This document shows, piece by piece, positions 28,301 to 41,344 of a stretch of 64,000 bases of DNA. The DNA lies in NCBI RefSeq assembly GCF_009914755.1, contig NC_060926.1, one strand, 5' to 3'. The stretch's first letter is position 1, and each line of letters starts with the position of its first letter. The stretch comes from the human T2T-CHM13v2.0 reference genome, Homo sapiens. The notes beneath the pieces were generated by a model. The model was not told the DNA's origin. It saw only the letters and a program-made list of their open reading frames with translations, and did not search any database. Both the position numbers and the translations under genes were made by a program.

Positions 28301-31300
28301 TATCAATATTAGCCTTGTGTTGGGAACAGGCCCCCCAAAATCTGGCCATAAATTGGCCCCAAAACTGGCCATAAACAAAGTCTCTGCAGCACTGTGACAT
28401 ATTCATGATGGCCATAATGCCCACGCTGGAAGTTTGTGGGTTTACAGGAATGAGGGTGATGAACACCTGGCCCTCCCAGGACAGAAAACCACTTAAAGGC
28501 ATTCTTAAACCACAAACAATAGCATGAGTGATCTGTGCCTTAAGGACTTGCTCCTGCTGCAGGTAACTAGCCCAACCTATTCCTTTATTTCTGCCCATCC
28601 CTTCGTCTCCCATAAGGGATACTTTTAGTTAATTGAATATCTATAGAAACAATGCTAATGACTGGCTTGCTGTTAATAAATACGTGGGTAAATCTCTGTT
28701 CAGGGCTTTCAGCTCTGAAGGCTGTGAGACCCCTGATTTCCCACTTCACACCTCTATATTTCTGTGTGTGTGTCTTTAATTCCTCTAGCACTGCTGGGTT
28801 AGGGTCTCCCTGACTGAGCTGGTCTCGGCAGCCTTGAAGGTAAATGTCCCACTTAATAGACACAGAGTGGCAATTTGGATAAAAATCAAGGCCTAAACTT
28901 GTGCTGTTTTCAAGAGACCTGTCTCACATGTAAGACACCCATAGGCTCAAAGATCAATTACACAAATAGAAAACAAAGTAGACAAAGTAGAGCAGGGGTT
29001 GCTATTCTTGTATCAGATAAAACAGACTTTAACAATAGTGTAAAAAAAAAGGGGGACACAGAAGGTTGTTACATAATGGTAAAGGGTTCAATTCAACAAG
29101 AAGAATTTAACTTTCCTAAATATATATGCACCCAATATTGGAGCACCCAAATTCATAAGAGAAGTACTGCTAGACCTATAAAAAGACTAAGACAGCCAGA
29201 CAATAGTAGTGGAGAACATTAGCACCCCACTAACAGAGTTAGATCACCAAGGCAGAAAACTAGCAAAGAAATTCTGGAATAATTGACTTGACTAATTGGA
29301 CCTAATAGACATATACAGAATACTCCACCCAATAACCACAAAATATACATTATTCTCATTTGCACACAGTACATACTCTCAGATAAGCCACATGCTCAAC
29401 CATAAAGCCACTCTTGATAAATTCAAAAAAGGCAAAATTATACCAAGCATATACTCAGACAAAAGTGGAATCAAAATAGAAATTAATACCAAGAGGATCT
29501 CACCACACAATAACAGAAATTAAACAACTTGCTCCTGAATGACTTTTGGATAAATACCCAAATTAAGGCAGAAATTTTAAAAAATCTTTGAAATAAATGA
29601 AAACAGAGAAATAACATTCCAAAATCTCTGGGATATGGGGAAAGCAGCGTTAAGAGAAAAGTTCATAGCACTAAATGTCTACATCAGGAAGTTAGAAAGA
29701 TTTCAAATTAATGACATAATATTGCACCTAAAGGTACAAGAACAAACTAATCACAAAGCTAGCAGAAGAAAAGAAATAGCTAAAATCAGAGCTAAACTAA
29801 ATGAAATTGAGATTCAAAAAACCATACAAAGGATTGATAAAAAATGAAAAATTGCTTTTTTGAAAGGATAAATAAGATCCATAGGCTGCTAACAAGATTA
29901 ACAAGAAAAAATGAGAGAAGATCCAAATTAATACAACCAGAAATGATTAATGTGACATTAGAACTGAGCCCACAGAAATGCAAAATATTCTCAGAGACTT
30001 CTGTGAACACTTCTATGCACACAAATGAGAAAATCTAGAAGAATGGGTAAATTCCTGGAAACATACAACTTCCCAATATTGAATCAGGAAGAAATAGAAA
30101 CCCTGAACAGACCAATAACAAGTTCCAAAATTTAATCAGTAATAGAAAAACCTACCAAGAAAAAAATAAAAAAGCCCTGGACCATATGGATTCCCAGACA
30201 AATTCTATGAGACAAACAAAAAAGAGCAGGTACCAAACCTACTGAAAATATTCTAAAAAAAAAAATGAGAAGGAGAAGTTTATTTCTAACCTATTCTAAG
30301 AAACTAGTATTATCTTGATTCCAAACTCCAGCAAAGACACAACAAAAGAAGAAAACTACAGGCCAATATCCCTAATGAACACAGATATGAAAATCCTCAA
30401 CAAAATACTAGCAAACTGAATTCAGCAGCACATCAAAAAGTTAATTCACCACTATCGAATGAGCTTTATTCCTGTAATGCAAGGCTGGTTCAATATATGC
30501 AAACCAATAAATGTGATTCACCACATAAACAGAATTAAAAATAGAACTATATGATCACCTCAATAGACACACACAAAAAAGCTTTCCATAACATCCAACA
30601 TCTCTTTATGATTAAAAAAAAAAACCCTCAACAAACTAGGCATCAAAGAAACATGCCTCAAAATAATAAGAGCCATCTGTCACATGCCTATAGCGAATCT
30701 CATACTGAACAGGCAAAAGTTGATAACATCTCCTTAAGAACTGGAATATGACAAGAATGCCTAATCTCATCACTCCTATTCAACATATTATTGGAAATCC
30801 TAGCCAGAGCAATCAGGCAAGAGAAAGAAATAAAAGACATCCAAATATGAAAAGACGAAATCAAATTATCTGTCTTTACTGAGGAAATGATTCTATACAT
30901 AGAATGCCCTAAAGACTCCACCAAAAGGCTCCTATACCTAAGAAATGACTTCAGTAAAATTTCAAGATACAAAATCAAACTACAAAAATTAGTGCATTTT
31001 TTACACTCAAAACATTCAAGCTGAAAGTCAAATTAAGAACACAATCTCATTTACAATAGCTACAAAAATAATAAAATACTTGGAAAGACAGCTAACTCAG
31101 GAGGTGAAAGATCTCTACAAGGAGAACTACAAAGGACTGCTGAAAGAAATCAGAGACAACACAAACAACTGGAAAAACAATCCATGTTCATGAATTGGAA
31201 AAATGAGTATTGTTAAAATATTTATGCTGCCCAAAGCAATCCACACATTAAATGCTATTCTTATCAAATCACCAATATCATTTCTCAAAGAATTAGAAAA

Positions 31301-32838
31301 AACTATTTTAAAATTTATTTGGAACCAAAAAAGTGCCGGAATAGCCAAAGCAATCTTGAGTATAAAGAACAAAGCCAAGGGCATCACATTACCCACCTTC
31401 AAACTATACTACAAGGCTACAGTAAACAAAACAGCATGGTGCTGATTCCAAAAATAGATACATAGATCAATGGAAAGAATCAAGAACTCAGAAATAAAGC
31501 ACCATATCTACAATCTACTGATCTTCAACAAGATTAACAAAAATAAGCAATGTAGAAAGGATTCCCTATTCAGTAAATGGTGCTGGGAAAATTGGCTATC
31601 CCTATGCAGAAGAATAAAACCGGACCCTGATCTATCGCTGTACATATACGAAAATTCACTCAAGATCAATTAAAGACTTAAATGTAAGACTTCAAACTCT
31701 AAAAATACTAGAAGGAAACCTAGGAAATATCCTTCTGAATATCAACCTTGACAAATAATTTATGAGCAAGTCCTCAAAAGCAATTGCAACAAAAAAATTG
31801 ACAGGTGGGATCTAATTAAAGTAAAGAGCTTCTTCACAGAAGAAACTATCAACAGATTAAACAGACAACCTACAGAATGGGGGAAAATATTCACAAACTA
31901 TGAACCCAACAAAGGGCTAATATCCCGAATCTATAAGGAACTTTAAAAAATCAACAAGAAGAAAACAAATAACTCCATTCAAAAGTGGGCAAAGGACATG
32001 AACAGACACTTCTTAAAAGAAGACATACAAACAGCCAACAAACATGTAAAAAATGCCCAGCATCACTAATCATCAGGGAAATACAAATCAGAACCACAAT
32101 GAGATACCATTTCACATCTTTGGTATGGCTATTAATAAAAAGTCAAAAAGTAACACATGCTGGTGAGGCTATGGAGAAAGAGGAATGCTTTTACACTGCT
32201 GGTGGGACTGTAAATTAGTTCAGCCACTGTGAAAATCAGTTTGGAGATTTCTCAAATAACTAAAAATAGAGCTGCCATTTGACCCAGGAATCCCATTACT
32301 GGGTAGATACCCAAAGGAAAAATAAATCATTCTACCAAAAAGACACATGCACTCATGTGTTCATCACACCAAAGACATAAAATCAATAGAAAAGACATGG
32401 AATCCATCTAGGTGCCCATCAATGGTAGAGTGGACAAAGAAAATGTACATATACACTATGAAATACTATGCAGCCATAAAAAGAATAAAATCGCGCCCTT
32501 TGCAACAACATGGATGCAGATGGAGGCCATTATCCTAAGCAAATTAACACAGAAACACAAAACCAAGTACCCCATGTTCTCACTTGTAAGTGGGAGCTGA
32601 ATCTTGGGTACACACAGGCAGAATGATGGGAACAATAGACACTGGGGACTCTAAAAGGAGGGAAGTAAAGAGGAAAGTAGGGAGAGATGGGGACAAGGGC
32701 TGAAAAACTTTCTGCTGGGTACTATGCTCAGTATCCGAGTGACAGGATCAACAGAATACCAAACCTCCACATCATGCAATACACCCTTATAATAAGCTTG
32801 CATGTATATGCCCTGAATCTAAAATAAAAGTGGAAATT
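25376..32838 (+). mobile_element. Full-length L1PA16/L1PA15-16-like LINE-1 (decayed)
   Basis: 5'UTR start gcaagagggctgactagatgtagccag; GC-richer 5'UTR to about 27000; ORF1 remnants (27647-27832 ...SNLENIFEDIIHENFPNL); ORF2 EN/RT remnants ([48 protein letters not shown]); 3' end ccctgaatctaaaataaaagtggaaatt. Many stops and frameshifts; degenerate TSD aaaattgcatgtgcatt / aaaacttgtacatatt. Confidence 0.92.
28318..28830 (+). mobile_element. MER9 solo LTR (HERV-K HML-3/HERVK9)
   Basis: tgttgggaacaggccccccaaaatctggccataaa ... gagctggtctcggca, 513 bp, TG...CA ends, AATAAA inside; perfect 6-bp TSD gccttg (28312-28317, 28831-28836). Confidence 0.93.
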
Positions 32839-33744
32839 TTTAAAACTTGTACATATTTATTATTTACATGTTGTTTTGAAATAAATATGTATACAATGTG
32901 GAATGGCTAAATTGAGCTAGTTAACATATTATGATCTCACATATTTATCATTTTTTGGTGCTGAGAATACTTCAAAAGTACTCTCAACAATTTTCAAAAA
33001 TTAAGTATAGTCACCAGGCTAGATCTCTTGAACTTGTTTCTGCTACCTGACTGAAATTTTATATTATTGACCAACATTTTCCCAGCCCCTGGGACAACCA
33101 TTGTACCTTCTTTCATGAAGCCCACTGTTTCAGACTCCACATTTAAGTGAGATTGTGCAATATATTTGTCTCTGTGTGCCTGGTTTATTTCACTTAATAT
33201 AATTTCCTCCAGATTCATCTATGTTGTTGCAAATGACAGGATTTCCTTATTTTTAAAGGCTGAATAGTATTCCTTTGTGTATACATGCCACACTTACTTT
33301 ATCCATTCATCCATTGATGGACACATAGATTGTTTCCCTATCTTGGCTGTTCAGAATAGTGCTGCAATGAACATGGGAGTGCAGATATCTCTTTAACATA
33401 CTGATTTCATTTTTTATATATAAATGATCTTTTATGTGAAATTTTTGGAATGTGAAAGAAAAGAAGGCAGAAAAGGGCAGGAGAACAAAATTGATTCCTG
33501 CATTAGGAAATTACTGGTTTTTTCTCAAGGGAGAGCAGATAGTCATATTTATATGTTGCCTGGAGATTACATGACGACAGAAAAGGTGCTATGTGCACAT
33601 TTATTCTTAATGTTGTTCAATGTGCTTTGACCTGCCTGCTAATGTTTTAAAATGTGGTTTTCAACATTAAGCTTGTATTATTGCAGATGTTTGCTCCTGT
33701 TTTCTCTGACACGGTTGACCCTCTGAGAAACAAAACCTACAAAG

Positions 33745-33812
33745 ATCATTTATTTATTCATTTTCATTCAATTATTTATTCAACAAATGTGTTTGAACAT
33801 GTACTATTTGCA
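33745..33812 (-). mobile_element. L2 3' terminus
   Basis: (attc)-like repeat followed by caacaaatgtgtttgaacatgtacta. Confidence 0.6.
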
Positions 33813-35052
33813 GTCAATGGGCTTTTAAAGTTCCAGAACTGCACTCCCCACACAGCAGCAGCCACTTTAACCACAATTCCCAGATCACAGTCTCCATTTT
33901 CCTATGAGACTGAGCATCAAGTGATTTGGTTTGAATGAGCCACAGTGAATACTGCTGCCTCCTTGCACAACTCCACTAGCTAAGCTAGCATATTGCTTTT
34001 CATTTTATATTTAGCTCATCTTCTGTCCTAAATTTAACAATTACTTCAATTTAAAGAAACATGGTAACAAAACTATTTGCAAAGCCAACTACACTTATTT
34101 TTCATTTGCTGTTATTTTGATATAGCATTTAAATCTTGTGCACTGACACAAACTGCTGTTGAAAATGGAAGAGTTTAGGGAAACACACTGGGAGATCAGA
34201 CAGTAGAGCCAGGGTAGCTAAAAATAATCCTGATCCCTTTATGGTTAACCCTATTCAACAAGCTGAAATTTATAATTATTTGATTTTAACTTTAATCCAT
34301 TTCTGCTCAAGGTAAAGAAAATCAGCTCAAGGTAAAGAAGAGTAAAAATTATCTCTAGAAAAAATATACAATTAAACAGTATGTATTAGGTAACCACAAT
34401 GCAAATAACTGTGCTATTTAGATGGATAAAAGGAAACACTGTATAATGTTCCTTAAATTTAAATGGGATAGATAAAACATGAAGCATTGAGTTATGTAGA
34501 ACTCAATTCTACATAACTTTATTCTATGTAAATGTGAGCAAAAAAGAAAAAAAATGTATGGAGGCTGTTAAAAAGGTAAAATTAAAGCAGGTCTTGTGGG
34601 AAGAAGATAAATTGGGAGTTGGCTCTTGAAAGAAGTGATGTATTTGAACACAAACAGGGACAGTTAAGGGAACCACTGAGGTGGTAATTAGCATCAAATG
34701 AGGTCAGTAGTCCATCAGTTCTTTTGGTTGAAGCAGAATCTTGGTTAAGAATTAGTGACAGTAAGTGAAACAGAAAGTTATGGGGTACTAAGAAATACCG
34801 GATTGACACAAAGCATAATACTACCCTTGAATAGAAAAAACAGCATAGCGGTGTCAAAGTCATCATCCTAGTAAAAGTTTACTCTTAAAGTTTCACCCAC
34901 AAGGATATCTATAGAGGTGCTGATTTTCCAGCTGGAGCAGCTATTGATTTGCAAGTACATTCCAATCTTTTTCCAAACTGTCCCAGTAGTGGATATGAAG
35001 TGAGAGAGGCAAAGGAAAAGATGTCTTAGCTTTTTAAAAGTAATAAGAAACG

Positions 35053-35310
35053 GACAAAAGACCAAACACCGCATGTTCTCACTCATAGGTGGGAATTGAA
35101 CAGTGAGAACGCAGGCACACAGGAAGGGGAACATCACACACCGGAGACTGTTGTGGGGTGGGGGGAGGGGGGAGGGACAGCATTAGGAGATATATCTAAT
35201 GCTAAATGACCAGTTAATGGGTGCAGCACACCAACATGGCACATGTATACATATATAACAAACCTGCACGTTGTGCACATGTACCCTAAAACTTAAAGCA
35301 TAATAATAAA
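35053..35310 (+). mobile_element. Young L1PA (L1PA3-like) 3' end, 258 bp, 5'-truncated
   Basis: accaaacaccgcatgttctcactcataggtgggaattgaac...gtaccctaaaacttaaagcataataataaa; perfect 17-bp TSD aaaagtaataagaaacg (35036-35052, 35311-35327). Confidence 0.95.
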
Positions 35311-36442
35311 AAAAGTAATAAGAAACGTTGATGCCTTATAGAGAATAATTATCTCACCTCATATTATCAGTTGATTTTATTGAAATAGTCACATTATATT
35401 TGCATTAAAAGACAGTGTAAGGAACTTGTACAACAATTACAAATAGCAATTGCTTTACTCCCAGTAACATTTTAGTGATGAGTCAAAATTCTCATCAGAA
35501 ATATCCAGTCTGAAATACCATAGAACTTGTAGACAGTCTTCTATGTAACAAATATTCATTTTTCACTGTGAAGAAAATCATAGAAACTAACCATCAATAT
35601 TATCAAACAGCAAAATAAAGTTACAGTCTGTACATTCTTAGCTGAGCGTACAGGTCAGATATTTTCAGCCATTTACAGACTACTTAAAGGTTATTACTGC
35701 TACTATAAAACAGGAAACTATATACCATGAAAAAAATTACTAATTGAATTTCTGTACAGATGAGCTGCGTAAACCTTTGCCTCAGATGTTGATCATCTTA
35801 ATATTTTCCTTGAACTTAATGATGGAGGCTCCATTCAGTGTATTTTATGTAACTACTTTAACATTGTAGAACATATTACTATGAGCAAAAAATTAGTATT
35901 AATAAATCAATTCTCAGCCATAAATATGTTTATGCTATAAGTTTATAAAATGTACAGCACACTAGATTGAGTTCAGTGGTAATAAGGGCATAAATTTGAT
36001 ATAAAACATCTTGGTGATAGATAAATTCTTTCATAATTTCACTACACTATAAAAATTCCCTGTCATTGATATTTTGTCTGGTTATATCTGGCTATTTTGC
36101 CCCAATATGAGACAAACGTGATTTAAAAACAGATTGTGAAGAAAAAGTACTTTTCTACAGATGATTGTTTAACAGTTGTGAAGTTGGAGAAAGTACATAT
36201 TCTGACATATAGGATGACCTGAATCAACTAACCTCATCTTTGCATAATCCTGGCTATTCTTGCTTATTTCTTTATTTGATATGAACTTTTGAACTGCCCT
36301 GTCTAATTAAATATAAATTTATCTAAATTTTTATTGGGTCAGCATTAAACTTAAAAATAAACTCAATCACAATGGACATATTAATGATGTTAAATCTTTT
36401 CATTAATAAAACATAGTATGCCTTTCTATTTTTTCGATATTC

Positions 36443-39400
36443 TGTCTTAGGTTGCGTTCCCCCAGTAGACAGACACTGAGATGGAAATTTGCATACCGAA
36501 GGTGGATTGAGGATTGTTTATCTGAAAAAAACATCTATGGTGGAGTAAGAAAAATCACGACTGGGCTATGGAGAAAGCTGAACTGGGATGCAGAACAGAA
36601 GCTTCAGCCTCACTCGTGGGGAGCTCTGGCGCTAAAAAAACTCATCGAAGATTTCCCAAATTGGAACAAGGCCTCTGTACTCCTGCATTGACCAGTCATG
36701 GTATAAAAGCTTCAATTCACCTAAGCGGGGGTTATAACAGTGGATGAGTCAGCTGCCTGAGGCTATGGAGAATGCTCAGGGAGGGACTCAGCTGTGATTA
36801 GTTGACAGGCAACACTCCTGGCAGCTGGGAGAATAAGTGCCTTACTCTTGCCAGAGGGGTCTGGTATACACACCATATCATCCACTACTAACCATGTTTA
36901 TGTTGCTAAGATTCACTTGCTTCATATAATAAGTGTACCCCATCTAGGAACATCTTCTCTAGAATTCTGGTCATCCTCTTGCCTGGAAAAACTTATATGA
37001 GGAAGGTGACTAGGACTAACTAAAGCCCCTGCTGTTATAATTATTCTTGGAGCTGCAAGTAATATTCATTATTCCCCTTCTGCACTAAGATTCTGTATTC
37101 TCCTCAACCACAGCTAGCACCTCTCCTGGTTTAAGTGATGATGGGATGATCCAGACCATCATCCCTAAGGGGTTTGAGCCCCTGGTCTTCATCACCTTCT
37201 TAGTCCATGGCTTCTGCATTTTTATATTTAGCATAAATATAAGCAAGGGACTATCGAGAGAGACTCACTGGATCACCTAGGTGACAAACATTCTTCCCTA
37301 TACCCATTGTGTGACTGAAGACCTACCTCCTCCTGATGGCCAGGACACATTTCCTTGCCTGCTGCTGTTCTCCTAGCCCAGGGAATCTGAAGTGACAAGG
37401 TGGCAGGCATAAACAAGTCTGACAGAACTATTGTTATGTTCCCTGGCAAAAGCATTGTTTCTCTGGGAGCTCAGATCTCAGACATGCCTGAAGTTGTGGG
37501 GAAGAGCAGCACAAGTTCCTCAAGTGGGTTCCTGGGAATGATAGTAAACAGGGATACTTCTGCTTCATGGATCCAGGTGTCTCCTATCTATGGGGAGTAC
37601 ATCATGACATAAAAATTGTTGATTTCTACACTATGGCCTAGAGCATGGCACTCCATCCTCCTAGGGCATTATCTCCACGCTGGTGACGCTGGTGATACAA
37701 CTGAGCCATTGCATAACTCAGTCAATCTTGTAACTTCTAGGTGGTATATTATATAACCAATTCCCACTCTTGCAACTCCTCTGCCTAGCTATTTGTACTT
37801 GATTCTGGATTCAACTTTTCTATCCTACGATGGATTGCTAGTGAGCCGATCTAACCTTGACCCAGCTCATGGTGGGCCGTTCAAGCTGCATAGTGGCCTA
37901 ATCTCCCATGGACAAGCACTCCATGTCTGCCAGGAACCATTAGCATACCAGGAGCTGTGAATGGTGCATCGGTATCTCTTATGGATGTTATATGTATCTA
38001 AGTTGTGATGCTTTTATTGGGGTTTGCTATAAACTCCACATGGCAACTTTTCTCACCACAGATGCCTCTAATACTGTAGGATCTGCTGGGTCATATGGGC
38101 CAGATAGCAGAGCTAATTGCAGGAGAGTCTAAAACTTCTGTAGAGTCCTTTTCTTCTGTAAGCTACACTCAAAGCTGGAAGCTGTCTGTGTTACTTGGCA
38201 GATAAGTATTCTACCAAAGTGTGGAATGAGCTACCTCTCTAATTTAAAGAGGTTTACCAGGCATTGTGCTTTTCTCTTAGTGGTAGGGTCCGGAAAGTGT
38301 AATAATTTGTATTTATGTTGCAGAGGATGTCCTAACGTTTTCCAGATCAATCAATTGCTACAAACTTCACTAATGTGATCAGTCTCTGAACCTCAATAGG
38401 TTTTTCTCTCACTTTCTGGGGCACATATATATTACCCATGACTTGAATATACTTGTGACTTCTTGCTCATCCAGATTTACATGAGATCATTGGACCATAT
38501 TAGAGGATGGAAGAGTTAATATTGCCCTAAGGCAAACATGTAAATATGTACTGTTGTCTATCCTATTTGAACTGACATTCCCACATAATATGGTTGGCAG
38601 GAGTTTTTCTGGATTTTCCTAATGTATCTACTCTAGCATGTTTATTTCTCTTAGTCTTCGATCCCATGTTGTATCATCTATGGAGCTCTGTCATTTTAAA
38701 TTTACTCATTGTGGACTATAGCTTTTTGCAAAATGCCTATCAAACAGTATAGAAGTGTTAACTCATATGGTCCTTGCTAGGGTATAAAATCCCTTAACAG
38801 AGAAAAGTATTCCTGAGTCAATAAACTCTCTCATCCAACTTTTTATTGTCCTCCTTGAACCAGAATTCTCAGGATCCAGTCAAAAACTACTTTATCGGAT
38901 CTTGCCAGTATATCTTGGCTAGCTCCTTCAGATCTTTCAATGTTAGCCCCTTTTGTCCCATGGAAAGCTCAGAACTTTTCCATATGAGTTATGCACTTTC
39001 ACCCTAGTCATTAGTCTGGTGGCAACGAGAGGCAGAAGATAAGTACAGGAGGGGAGAAGGGTACCTGGCCTTGTAAGACAGAGTCTCTGCATTGTATTTA
39101 AGCTAGTGTGAAGTTCTGGCATTTAACAATGAGGAGCAAGACACTTCAGCAGACTCAGAGGATGCAGGGAGATAAGGAGTTTCAACAGCCTTAAAAGCAT
39201 CAACCCATTTTTCCTATCCCAAGGCTCAAGTTCCCTCTACTTTCCAAACAAGGTCAGAGCACAGAAAACTTGCCAGATTGAGAACTTAACCTTCTCTGGA
39301 GTTTTGCCACCTTTTAAAATTAAGTCCTATGCATCACCTTCAGTCTTCTGTCCTTGGCTGCAAGAAATAAGCATCCTTTCGTATGCTAAAAAGGAGTCCT

Positions 39401-40018
39401 TCTGACTTTTATATTTTACATTAAATTGGTGATTAATCACTTCATATTTCATCATCTTTCTCTAAAGCATAGCTTATATTCACCAATCATAAGATTCTAT
39501 GGTACTTATAATTACTACTTACTCTGAACCTCTCTAGATTCTAAAATATTGCATCTGCCAATTAATTCCTTTCCTGGTTTTCCATGCCAGGTCACCACTG
39601 GTGAAAGTTTTAACAACTGCATCACCAGAGTGTGCTAGAGCCTATCTGTACTCCATCTACCACCAGTGATGTTACCTACCATTTACTGATGATTCAGCAT
39701 TCCAATTTAGGATCTGTTTTCTTGATCCTCTCTTGGGACTAATTGTCTTAGGTCTGGTGCTCTAAGAAAGACTCTCACGTGCAGATTTGCATACAGGAAG
39801 TTTATGAGGGCATACTCTCATAAAACACCACCTGGGAGGGAATGCAAGCTGCAGATCTGGCAGATAAAGAAGTTGAATTGAGATGCAGTTACAACAGAGG
39901 CCTTAGCTGATTATACCAGGAGCTCAGAAGCTAAGCTGGCTCTTCACAGATATAACAAATTGGGGGAAGCGATTAAGCTTGTGTCCTGCCTTATTGACCA
40001 ATCATTTCATGTTGTCTT
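36443..40018 (-). mobile_element. Ancient ERVL provirus: LTR16C-like LTRs (36443-36889 and 39744-about 40018) flanking an ERV3-16A3-like internal region
   Basis: Two same-orientation LTRs beginning tgtcttagg on + and sharing gaagttgaactg/gaattgagatgcag...gagctc...ttgaccagtca/ccaatca blocks. PBS-like sequence next to 39743; decayed RT/RNaseH remnants at about 37950-38550; dUTPase-like remnant at about 37320-37460 (LLPGNITIV..., LPPCHF..QQARK). Confidence 0.82.
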
Positions 40019-40514
40019 CTCAGAATGTAATTGGCTTTTTAAACAGCAATACTTGATGTCAGACAACAATGAAGCCATAGTTAAAAATTGCCAACCAAAT
40101 TAAAAGGAGAAAATGAAAATCTTTTGATATATTCAAAGCTGAGAAAAATTAATCCAATGTGCCCTTTTAAATATTTTTTCTTTTATCCCATTATCCCTTG
40201 AAAAGTTACCAAAAAACTTTCTTTGAAGGATGTACCAACATCAAGGAGAGAGGATGTTATGAGATTCCAACCCTAGAAAGCATCAAAAGAAATTCCTAGG
40301 TATCAGATGAGCTACTACAGGTTCTAACCTGCAGTTCATATACACCGTTCCTCCAAGACCCCGGGAAAGAGTCATCTCACTCTTGGACACAAGAAGGACA
40401 AAAGTAAAACTTGAATAAACTGTCTGCTACCTGTAAATATCTAACATGCTTCATAAAGACCATTATTTGTTTATTTTAATGTAAAAGTAAAAGCAAATAC
40501 CAGAAGAGAAAAAT

Positions 40515-41311
40515 GCCCAGACACAGTGGCTCACACCTATATGTTGAAGGCCAAAAGAGTAAGGGTCGTGATCAACCCAGTATACCACTGGAGGCTGTAT
40601 GAGTAAACAGCAAACTGTTCTCATAAATGCAGAATGTTGGCAGACGGACAAACTGCCTCTGCCACCCAGAAGGAATGCTGAGGGCAGTCACGACCCAGGC
40701 ACAAGTGTTTCTTTTGATTAGGCACATCTGAAGCCTGTTAGCAATAATGTGAACCTGTGATCAGTCGAGCAGCTGACCAATCATTACCTCCTCCTCCCTG
40801 CTCTTTCTACCCAATAAATACAAAGGGCTGTGGAAGCTCAAGGTTGCTGCCTTTGCTTACTGGAAGCAGAGAGCCCTCTTCTTCCTCCCCTAGCCCCTTC
40901 CTTTAAAATAGTTACTTTTGTCTTAAGTTTTTATTTCTACATTCGTCCTCCTTCCTTCAGTCTCGTAATGACTGTCTCAAGCAGTATCAGTAGTAACTGT
41001 TGTAATGATAGTCTCAAGTAGTAACCATGGCAGTCAGCCACACCTGTAATTCCAGTTTTGGGGAGGCCAAGGTGGAAGGATCACTTGAAGCCAAGAGTTT
41101 AAGACAAGTCAGGACAACATAAGGAGACTCCATTTCTACAGAGAAAAAAAAAATTAAATTAGTGGTGCATGGTGGCCTGTGCCTGTGGTCCTAGCTACTT
41201 GAAAGACTGAGGTGGAAGAATCACTTGTTCAAGGCCAGAAGTTCAAGGTTAAAGTGAGCTATGATCGCACCACTGCACTCCAGCCTGGGCAACAAAGTGA
41301 GACACTATCTC

Positions 41312-41340
<29 letters not shown>
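40515..41340 (+). mobile_element. AluJ split by an LTR insertion (40515-40541 and 41043-41340)
   Basis: gcccagacacagtggctcacacctata | LTR | cctgtaattccag...gtgagctatgatcgcaccactgcactccagcctgggcaaca...(A)29; AluJ diagnostics (ggatcacttgaagccaagagtt, gagctatgatc). Confidence 0.92.
40542..41042 (+). mobile_element. LTR3-like solo LTR (HERV-K HML-6/HERVK3)
   Basis: tgttgaaggccaaaagagtaagggtcgtgatcaacccagtataccactggaggc ... ggcagtcagccaca, 501 bp, TG...CA ends; 6-bp TSD cctata/cctgta. Family name from recall. Confidence 0.8.
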
Positions 41341-41342
<2 letters not shown>

Positions 41343-41344
41343 AA

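Larger units (their letters stand above)
25335..33420 (-). mobile_element. L1MA 3' end split into about 25335-25374 and about 32840-33420 by the full-length L1PA16-like insertion
   Basis: ttttaattgacaaataaaaattg (left) continues as ...atgttgttttgaaat...gtatacaatgtggaatggctaaattgagctagttaacata (right); minus ORF 32994-33218 begins MNLEEIILSEINQAHRDKY. Confidence 0.85.

Noticed and set aside
27647-32600. Numerous + strand ORFs resembling L1 ORF1p/ORF2p
   Set aside because: Short pieces broken by stops, frameshifts and an LTR insertion; retrotransposition-dead.
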